From Candidatus Effluviviaceae Genus I sp. (GTDB taxonomy: Bacteria; Joyebacterota; Joyebacteria; Joyebacterales; Joyebacteraceae), in contig VGIX01000001.1 of assembly GCA_016867725.1 (NCBI GenBank), positions 99,575 through 163,574 of the forward strand: a stretch of 64,000 bases of DNA. Direction: 5' to 3'. A program made the translations under genes and the position numbers. This document shows, piece after piece, positions 56,814 to 63,314 of the stretch. Positions within the stretch are counted from its first letter, which is position 1, and each line of letters starts with the position of its first letter. The notes under the pieces were generated by a model that saw only the letters and a program-made list of their open reading frames with translations, was not told where the DNA came from and did no database searches.

Positions 56814-57872
56814 TTATCGTCCTCCAAGTCGCGCAGCCTGCAGGGCTTCCTTGGTCAGGTCGTCCTGCACGAACGCGATCACACTCAGATTGGCCGTGTT
56901 CCACGACGGACTCACGGCGAACGACCGCGTCACGACCGCGGAGTCGCCCACGGACGCAACGCTCAGCGGCTCGTCGTCGAGGAGGTCGCGCGCGACGAAG
57001 TCGTACACGCTCGACGCCACGACGACGTGGTCCTCGATGACGACGACCCTGAGCACGGCCTCGGTCGTCGTGAGCGCCTCGCGGACCTTCACGGTCACCG
57101 TCACGCTGCCCGACGCCGCGCTCCCCGCCATCCGCATCGAGACCGGCGAGCCGAAGGTCCTCCGGTGGTCGATCTCCATGCGGTAGGCCGCGGCCGCGGT
57201 GGACGGCGACCCGGCGCCCTGGACGATGCGCGCGACGTCCCCGTCGAAGATCACCGCGGGCCATGTGTTCCACGAAGGCCCCATGTACCAGTCGATCCTC
57301 GCATTCGTCTCGGGCGTCCCGAGCGGGTCGGCCGGCGGGAGAAGATCGTGATACGCGATCACGCACAGGTTGCCCGCGCCGTACTCGCCGAGCACCGTGT
57401 GGAGGCCGGCCTCGGCGTTCGGGCAGTTGGCGCACGGGCGCGTCGTGAGAAGCTCCGCCAGCACGACGCGCGGGACGAGCCCGCCCGCCGGCCCGACCGC
57501 GAACGAGCACGCGGCCGGCGTCGGGTCAAGGTCGCCGTCGTTGTCCAGGGCGGCGACCTCGAACAGGTAGTCTCCCTCGGCGACCGCCGGCAGCACGAGC
57601 TCTGTGGCCGTCGTCTCCCCGGTCAGCGTGTCGTTGAGGGACCAGACGTACTTCACCACCGCCCCGTCGGGGTCGCTGCCGCTCCATGCGATGAGCGCGT
57701 CCGCGCCCGCCACGACCGCGCCAGGCGCCGGGCACGCCTCCATGACCGTCTCCGGGAGGAGGTTCACCTCGGCCGGGGAGTGGAACCAGTCGCAGCCGGC
57801 GGCAAGCGCCAGCGCCGCGAGCGCGGCCGCGCCCGCCCGACCCCACCACCGTCCGGTCCGCGTCCTCGCCAC
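56814..57872 (-). CDS. Lipoprotein with thioredoxin-fold CxxC domain; Cys-containing paralog of the selenoprotein N-terminal domain
   Basis: GTG 57870..57872 with RBS GGAGGGGG. Lipobox LALAAGC; ...RPCANCPNAEAG... The C-terminal region ...SPSWNTANLSVIAFVQDD... parallels ...SSSWNHANVWIAAFIEKV... in the selenoprotein. The Arg-rich N-terminal extension of the ORF-track call is rejected. Confidence 0.7.
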   Translation of the reverse strand: MARTRTGRWWGRAGAAALAALALAAGCDWFHSPAEVNLLPETVMEACPAPGAVVAGADALIAWSGSDPDGAVVKYVWSLNDTLTGETTATELVLPAVAEGDYLFEVAALDNDGDLDPTPAACSFAVGPAGGLVPRVVLAELLTTRPCANCPNAEAGLHTVLGEYGAGNLCVIAYHDLLPPADPLGTPETNARIDWYMGPSWNTWPAVIFDGDVARIVQGAGSPSTAAAAYRMEIDHRRTFGSPVSMRMAGSAASGSVTVTVKVREALTTTEAVLRVVVIEDHVVVASSVYDFVARDLLDDEPLSVASVGDSAVVTRSFAVSPSWNTANLSVIAFVQDDLTKEALQAARLGGR

Positions 57873-57880
57873 GCCCCCTC

Positions 57881-59356
57881 CTAGAAGTACGCGCTCAGCC
57901 GAACGCGCACGCCCTCGAACTCCGGCTCGAACCAGCAGACGCCGCCGGCGCACTTCTTCCCGCCACGCTGCGTGCCCGCGCCGAACAGCACCTCGACGTC
58001 GTCGGAGAGCCGCTTCTTGAGCTCCGCCGAGAACCACGCCTCGCGCTCCTCGAAGTCGGCCGTGCTCCGCTCGAACACCGCGGACACGGTGAGGTCGGCG
58101 CGCGCGTACCATGTGAGCGACCCCATGTAGTCGGTGTAGGCGGAGCCGGTGACGTCGTCGGTCGAGCCGATCTCGATGCCGAGCTCGGCCCTCTGCTCGG
58201 CCGGAAGCTCCACGTCGAACTCCGCCGCGCCGATCAGATGCTCCGTGAACTTCCCCAGCAGATACTCGCGGGACCACGACCCCGCCACGGCCCCGCTCAC
58301 CGACGCGGCGAGCGAATGCGAGAGTTCGCCGAAGATCTCCCAGTGCGACAGGTTCCCGGAGTGCGTCCTCGCCTCCGACGCGCCCGCCGTGAGCGAGAGC
58401 GCGTCGCCGACCGGCAGCGTGCCCTCGCCGAGGAACCCGCGCTCGTCATCGAGGCTGATCTCGTACGTGGCCCGGTTCATGAGGGTCCACGGGTGCTCGC
58501 GCACGCACGTCGGCGGGTTGATCAGGTGGTGCGAGAAGAGGTCATAGTCCTTGAACTCGCCGAAGAGCGTGAGCAGCCCGAGGTCGAACGTCCCCGAGAG
58601 GTACAGAGCACGGCCCTCGCCCGCCTCCGCGCCCGTGACCGGGTTCTCGACGTCGCGCCTGGCGTACTCGCCGGACAGGGCGACGCGGCCGAGCCAGAGG
58701 TCCACGGCGCCGTCGAGCACGACGTCCTCACGGCGGGCCTGCGCGGGCGGAAGAACGAGGTTCGCGTCGGCGTCCTCCCACGAGCGCTCCACCGCGCGAG
58801 CGGAGAGCCGCACCCAGTCCCAGGGCGCGGCGGCAGCCTCGAGCCCCCGCACCGTGTGCTCGCGGGTGCGGACCCTCGAGAGCGGCTCGCTCACGACGCC
58901 GGAAACCGCCGTGAACGCGAGCGGCCCCGTCCCATAGCCGATGAGGACGCCATCGAGCGCCGTGTCGTGCTCGAGGTCGGTCTGCTCGTAGCTCCGGAGA
59001 GCGAGCCCCTTCCCGAAGGTGCAGAAGAAGCTGCCCGCGCGGGCCGACAGCGACTCGTTGCGGAACTCGGCGTACCGGTGCCTGACCTCCGAGCGGGGGA
59101 TGTCCTTCTGCGCCGGACTGTAGCCGGGGTCCGAGAGCTGGTACGCGCGATACGTCGCGCCGAGGAGGAACCGTCCGACCTCGATGCCGAACTCAACGCG
59201 CCCGTCGAACACCGAGCCGTCCAGATCGACGTTGTGGAGGTACTCGCCGTCGACCGATCCCCTCACGGTGACGTCGCCCGCGTCGAACGACGACGCGGGG
59301 AGCGCCCAGGCGAGCGAGGCTCCGAGGGCTGCGAGGACGGTCGCGATCCGCTTCAC
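57881..59356 (-). CDS. Outer-membrane beta-barrel protein (porin-like, unknown family) with C-terminal CxxxxC
   Basis: Signal peptide MKRIATVLAALGASLAWA; alternating amphipathic beta-strand pattern; C-terminal ...GGKKCAGGVCWFEPEFEGVRVRLSAYF with a terminal aromatic residue typical of OMPs. Confidence 0.65.
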   Translation of the reverse strand: MKRIATVLAALGASLAWALPASSFDAGDVTVRGSVDGEYLHNVDLDGSVFDGRVEFGIEVGRFLLGATYRAYQLSDPGYSPAQKDIPRSEVRHRYAEFRNESLSARAGSFFCTFGKGLALRSYEQTDLEHDTALDGVLIGYGTGPLAFTAVSGVVSEPLSRVRTREHTVRGLEAAAAPWDWVRLSARAVERSWEDADANLVLPPAQARREDVVLDGAVDLWLGRVALSGEYARRDVENPVTGAEAGEGRALYLSGTFDLGLLTLFGEFKDYDLFSHHLINPPTCVREHPWTLMNRATYEISLDDERGFLGEGTLPVGDALSLTAGASEARTHSGNLSHWEIFGELSHSLAASVSGAVAGSWSREYLLGKFTEHLIGAAEFDVELPAEQRAELGIEIGSTDDVTGSAYTDYMGSLTWYARADLTVSAVFERSTADFEEREAWFSAELKKRLSDDVEVLFGAGTQRGGKKCAGGVCWFEPEFEGVRVRLSAYF

Positions 59357-59359
59357 GCG

Positions 59360-59896
59360 CTACTCCTGCTTGGTCCGCTCGGGGCAGCCCGCCGGGAGGA
59401 GCGAGCGCACCGCCGCGTCGAGCTCGGCGTGGTTCTGCGGCCGGTATCCGGCCGTCGCGTAGACGATCTCCCCCTTCGTGTTGATGAGGACTGTGCGGGG
59501 GACCGCCGACACGTGGAACTTCCGGGCCACGTCCTGCGACGTGTCGAGCACGACGTCGAACGTGTGCCCCTTGGAGGCGATGAGCGCCCCGACGCGCGAG
59601 GCCGACTTCGGGCCGTCGATGGACACCGCGACGACGCGCAGGCCGCAGTCGGCATACTTGTCGAGCACCTGCTGCAGGTCCGGGAAGGCCTTGATGCAGG
59701 GCTTGCACCAGGTCGCCCAGAAGTCGACGACGACCGGCCCGCCCTTCAGAAGCTCCGACAGCGTGAGGGACTTGCCCTCGACGTTCGGCAGCGTGAAGTC
59801 GGGCGCCTTGGTCGGCGTCGCGCCGAAGGCGCACGTCGCCGCCACGAGCAACACGGCGGCCCAGCCGCTTGTGCCTACACCTCGCCTCTTGGTCAT
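59360..59896 (-). CDS. TlpA/ResA-like thiol:disulfide oxidoreductase (thioredoxin fold, membrane-anchored)
   Basis: 178 aa; signal/anchor; FWATWCKPC active site; 3-nt gap to the downstream OMP gene. Confidence 0.85.
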   Translation of the reverse strand: MTKRRGVGTSGWAAVLLVAATCAFGATPTKAPDFTLPNVEGKSLTLSELLKGGPVVVDFWATWCKPCIKAFPDLQQVLDKYADCGLRVVAVSIDGPKSASRVGALIASKGHTFDVVLDTSQDVARKFHVSAVPRTVLINTKGEIVYATAGYRPQNHAELDAAVRSLLPAGCPERTKQE

Positions 59897-59922
59897 GAGT
59901 TCCCCCTGACCTTTCCTAACTG

Positions 59923-59951
59923 ATTATACCACCATGAATAGCGTTGGTCAA
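59923..59951 (-). promoter_or_regulatory. Near-consensus sigma70 promoter for the tlpA, OMP, CxxC-lipoprotein and selenoprotein operon
   Basis: Minus strand, in an AT-rich island: -35 TTGACC (59946..59951), 17-nt spacer, -10 TATAAT (59923..59928), about 20-nt leader with RBS AGGGGGA before ATG 59896. Confidence 0.55.
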
Positions 59952-59974
59952 GGACGCTTCGGGGCGGTGACCGC

Positions 59975-60640
59975 TCAGGGTCCGGCTCCCACGGCGTGCG
60001 CGGGCTCGCATGCGGGCGCTCCGCCCAGGCGGCAGAGGATTCTGTCGAGCGTCTCCTCGATGGCGCCCTCGTCGGAGACGAGATCGACGCCGTCGGTCTC
60101 GAGCGTCAGCACGCTGGTCGCCCGGGCCGCACGCGCGCTCCAGTCGTCGTAGGCGGAGTTCAACGCGTCCAGGTAGCCCGCCGAGATCTCCTTCTCGCAG
60201 TCGCGCCCGCGGCAGCGTATCCGCTCGAACAGGCTGGGCACGTCCGCGCGAAGGTACACGACGAGGTCCGGAACCCTGAGGAAGCTCGTCATCGCGTCGA
60301 AGAGCGCCACGTAGTTGGCGTAATCGCGGTCGGCCATGAAGCCCTGGCGATGCAGTGTCGCCGCGAAGATCTCCTTGTCCTCGTAGATCGTCCTGTCCTG
60401 AATGCACGGCTCGCCGAGCCGGACCATGTCGCGGTGGATCTCGAAGCGCTTCGAGAGGAAGTACACCTGCAGGTGGAAGGCCCAGCGCGTCATGTCGGCG
60501 TAGAAGTCGTCCAGGTACGGATTGTCGATGACAGGCTCGTAGTACGCGCGCCAGCCGAGGCGGTTGGCGAGGAGCGTCGTGAGGTGCGTCTTGCCCACAC
60601 CGATGTTGCCCGCCACGGCAACGAACTGACCGGGTCGCAT
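59975..60640 (-). CDS. Deoxynucleoside kinase (dGK/dCK family)
   Basis: VAVAGNIGVGKTHL P-loop; ERS-like motif region; 221 aa. Confidence 0.75.
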   Translation of the reverse strand: MRPGQFVAVAGNIGVGKTHLTTLLANRLGWRAYYEPVIDNPYLDDFYADMTRWAFHLQVYFLSKRFEIHRDMVRLGEPCIQDRTIYEDKEIFAATLHRQGFMADRDYANYVALFDAMTSFLRVPDLVVYLRADVPSLFERIRCRGRDCEKEISAGYLDALNSAYDDWSARAARATSVLTLETDGVDLVSDEGAIEETLDRILCRLGGAPACEPAHAVGAGP

Positions 60641-60734
60641 GGAGGCGCTCCGGGAACGAGGGCTGCGTCTGTCGGGAGCCTCGCCGTCGAGGCGCCCAGA
60701 ATCTATTCCCGGCGCGCGCCAGTGTCAACGGCTT

Positions 60735-61127
60735 TCACGGGAGGACCGCGACGCGCGTGCCGGGACCGACCACGCTCGCGACAACGACGAGGTCCTCGTT
60801 CCGCAGACGGACGCAGCCGAGCGTGCAGCGCGTGCCGACGGTGTCCGGCTCGTCGGTCCCGTGGATGCCGATGCCGGTCCACGGCGGCGTCGCGAGTCTG
60901 ATGAAGAGGGGGCCGTAGGCGCGCCTGCCGTCGTGCTCCCAGTCGCTCGAGTCCTCGATCGAGACGACCTCGAACTCCCCCTCGGGCGTGCGGCAGTCCC
61001 CCTCGGCCTTCTTGTCCGCGCCGTCGGGGTTCGCGCCGATCGCCGCGGGGAACCTCAGCGTGCCCTCGGCCGTCTCGAGCTCGAGCACGAAGGCCGACTT
61101 CCGCACGACGACCCGCGGCAGCGTCAC
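60735..61127 (-). CDS. L,D-transpeptidase catalytic-domain protein (YkuD family)
   Basis: HGTDEPDTVGTRCTLGCVRL, the conserved His and Cys catalytic motif. Confidence 0.75.
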   Translation of the reverse strand: MTLPRVVVRKSAFVLELETAEGTLRFPAAIGANPDGADKKAEGDCRTPEGEFEVVSIEDSSDWEHDGRRAYGPLFIRLATPPWTGIGIHGTDEPDTVGTRCTLGCVRLRNEDLVVVASVVGPGTRVAVLP

Positions 61128-61198
61128 TGCCCTTTCCTCCCGCCGCCGTCCTTCTCAGCCTCGCTCGCCCGCTCCGCGGGCCTGCACGCGCCTCGCAG

Positions 61199-61294
61199 TC
61201 AGGTGGAGACGCCGAGGCGCGGGAGCACGACGAGCTGCAGGATGAGCCACGCCGCCAGGAAGACCACCGGGAACGCCACGTTCGACCATCTCAC
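61199..61294 (-). CDS. Possible small hydrophobic peptide (31 aa), GTG start
   Basis: GGAGG 8 nt upstream of the GTG; VRWSNVAFPVVFLAAWLILQLVVLPRLGVST; speculative. Confidence 0.2.
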   Translation of the reverse strand: MRWSNVAFPVVFLAAWLILQLVVLPRLGVST

Positions 61295-61323
61295 CGCACG
61301 ACCTCCGCCTGGGGCCGGCACCC

Positions 61324-61347
61324 GGGCGCGCCCGTCGGGGCGCGCCC
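61324..61347. terminator. Tandem self-complementary GC palindrome forming a 10-bp hairpin directly downstream of tlpA2
   Basis: GGGCGCGCCC-gtcg-GGGCGCGCCC, 26 nt after the tlpA2 stop (61373); no U-tract. Confidence 0.4.
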
Positions 61348-61372
61348 GTTCGCCCGGCCGATTGCCTCTCCC

Positions 61373-61978
61373 CTACACCTCCTGCGGCGCGCCCTCGATG
61401 AGCTTCACGACCTCCTCACGGAGCGCATTCCCGATGGCCGGGGTGAACCCCACGTGCTTCGCCGCGATCCTCCCGTCCGGGCCGATCACGAACGTCATGG
61501 GGATCGAGCTGACCTTGTAGGACGCCGCGACGGGCTTGTCTCCGACGAGCACAGGATACGAGACCTTGTTGGCCGCGGCGAAGGGCCTCAGCACGTCGGC
61601 TCCACCGTCGTCGAGTCCGATGCCGACGACCACGAGCCCCCGGTCCCTGAACTCCTCGTACAGCCCGACGAGGAACGGGATCTCCTGGCGACAGGGCGGA
61701 CACCACGTCGCCCACAGGTCCAGCACCACGACCTTGCCCTGGAAGTCGGACAGCGAGACATCCCGCCCGTCGACGTCCTTGAGCGTGAAGGGCGGCGGCG
61801 TCATCCCGACGTCAACGCCGACGGCCGCCGAGCCCGGAACAGCGGACCCGCCGCTCGCCTCGCCTTGCGTTGCTGCATCCGCGCCGGCCGGGGGCGTCTC
61901 CTGCCTTGAGCATCCCGCCGCGGCGAGGACCGCCACCGTGAGCATCCCGACCGCAAGCCACCTCAAGAACTGCGCCAT
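61373..61978 (-). CDS. TlpA-family thiol:disulfide interchange lipoprotein
   Basis: Lipobox LAAAGC; LWATWCPPC active site; 201 aa. Confidence 0.85.
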   Translation of the reverse strand: MAQFLRWLAVGMLTVAVLAAAGCSRQETPPAGADAATQGEASGGSAVPGSAAVGVDVGMTPPPFTLKDVDGRDVSLSDFQGKVVVLDLWATWCPPCRQEIPFLVGLYEEFRDRGLVVVGIGLDDGGADVLRPFAAANKVSYPVLVGDKPVAASYKVSSIPMTFVIGPDGRIAAKHVGFTPAIGNALREEVVKLIEGAPQEV

Positions 61979-62038
61979 GTCACTCCCCCTTCTTTGCTGT
62001 TGCGCCGAGCCCGCCGGCCTCGCAGCCGGCCCTTGCCG

Positions 62039-62371
62039 TCAACCCGCGATCGCGTTGATGCGCTTCTGGATGGTCTCCTTCGGGCCGGCACCGACCATCC
62101 TGTCGACCTCCGCCCCACCCTTGAAGAAGATGAGTGTCGGGATGCCCCGCACGCCGAACCGCTGCGCGAGCCCCGGGTTGTCGTCGACGTTGACCTTTAC
62201 GACCTTCGCCTTGCCCTGGTTCCCCGCCGCGATCTCCTCGAGCACGGGCCCCACCATCCGGCACGGTCCGCACCACGGGGCCCAGAAGTCCGCGACGACC
62301 GGGACCGCCGACGTCGCGACCTCGGCGTCGAACGTCGCCTCGCTCACATCCACGGTCTTCGCTGATCCCAT
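62039..62371 (-). CDS. trxA: Thioredoxin
   Basis: 110 aa; FWAPWCGPC; RBS AAGGGGG; start at the internal Met 62369..62371. The Arg-rich extension of the ORF-track call is rejected. Confidence 0.9.
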   Translation of the reverse strand: MGSAKTVDVSEATFDAEVATSAVPVVADFWAPWCGPCRMVGPVLEEIAAGNQGKAKVVKVNVDDNPGLAQRFGVRGIPTLIFFKGGAEVDRMVGAGPKETIQKRINAIAG

Positions 62372-62373
62372 GT

Positions 62374-62745
62374 TCACACCCCCTTCGCCTTGCGAGCGCC
62401 TCCGAGCGCGGCCGCGACGATCGCGGCCGCCGGACCTTCGTTCAGCCGATAGCACACGAGATGGCCGCGTCGCTCCGCCGAGATGAGCCCCGCGTACCGC
62501 AGCCTCGTCAGGTGCTGTGACACGGACGGCTGCGGAATGCCCAGGAGCTCCTCCATGCGCTTGACGCACAGCTCTCCGTCGCACAGGAGGGAGACGATCC
62601 GAACGCGCACCGGATGCGCCAGGGCCCGGAAGACGGCCGCGGCGTCATCGAGCTCCGCCGCGTTGCCGGGTCCCTCCTCGCCGACCTGTCCGAACCTCTT
62701 CGCCCCGGACCGCACCAGTACGGCTCCTCCCATGCAGGAGAACAT
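62374..62745 (-). CDS. ArsR/SmtB-family transcriptional regulator
   Basis: HPVRVRIVSLL...ELCV...QPSVSQHLTRLRYAGLI winged HTH. The start may instead be Met5 (62733), since the promoter leaves only a very short leader to 62745. Confidence 0.8.
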   Translation of the reverse strand: MFSCMGGAVLVRSGAKRFGQVGEEGPGNAAELDDAAAVFRALAHPVRVRIVSLLCDGELCVKRMEELLGIPQPSVSQHLTRLRYAGLISAERRGHLVCYRLNEGPAAAIVAAALGGARKAKGV

Positions 62746-62759
62746 TCAATAGTGCTGAT

Positions 62760-62788
62760 ATTATACTCATCGAATGCTGAGCTGTCAA
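62760..62788 (-). promoter_or_regulatory. Consensus sigma70 promoter for arsR-trxA
   Basis: Minus strand: -35 TTGACA (62783..62788), exact 17-nt spacer, -10 TATAAT (62760..62765), in a 54-nt AT-rich intergenic island. Confidence 0.6.
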
Positions 62789-62799
62789 GCCCTAGGCTG

Positions 62800-63282
62800 C
62801 TACTCGACCGAGAAGGGAAGGCGCATGAGCACAAGGCCAGCGCGGTCGGTGATGTCCACGCGCCAGGCGCCGCTCCAGCTGTCGCTGACGCTCTTGGCGC
62901 TCCAGGTCCTCCATCGCGGGGCCCTCACCTCGAGCGGGATCCTCAGCATCTCGCGCTCGCCCCAGTACCAGATGTGGAGCACGGTGTCGGACGCCGCGGG
63001 GAGGCCGATCTCACTGAAGCAGCACAGCCTGGAGGCGCCGGGATCGTCGCCGACGAACGAGGTGCCGGCCTGCACCGGTTGCCGCTCCTCGACGTCCTCG
63101 CAGATGTAGGCGCGGAGAACCTCGAGGCCGGCCGGCGAGACGACCATGCGCGGCTGGGTGGGTGGTGCCGGCGCCGTGGCGGCGCCGGGCTCTTCCGTGG
63201 ACGGCTCGTCGGCCGTCGCACTCGGCGTGAGGCACAGAGTCACGGGCATCAGCACTGCGAAGAGAACCGCACGAACAGCCAT
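62800..63282 (-). CDS. Exported hypothetical protein (160 aa)
   Basis: Signal peptide MAVRAVLFAVLMPVTLCLTPSATA; Pro/Ala-rich linker; conserved-looking C-terminal domain (HIWYWGEREMLRIPLEV...RWRTWS). Confidence 0.55.
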   Translation of the reverse strand: MAVRAVLFAVLMPVTLCLTPSATADEPSTEEPGAATAPAPPTQPRMVVSPAGLEVLRAYICEDVEERQPVQAGTSFVGDDPGASRLCCFSEIGLPAASDTVLHIWYWGEREMLRIPLEVRAPRWRTWSAKSVSDSWSGAWRVDITDRAGLVLMRLPFSVE

Positions 63283-63314
63283 CGTCGCTCACTCCGCGCC
63301 GCTCGCGGCGCCGG

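Noticed and set aside
52432-57884. Long plus-strand ORFs 52432..55353 and 54621..57884
   Set aside because: They are antisense to the M14 peptidase, the selenoprotein and the lipoprotein genes. Their composition is Arg/Gly-rich and non-protein-like.
62013-62030. GCCGGC-ctcgca-GCCGGC hairpin after trxA as an intrinsic terminator
   Set aside because: It has only a 6-bp stem and no U-tract, which is too weak to call confidently. The adjacent 61324..61347 element is much stronger.
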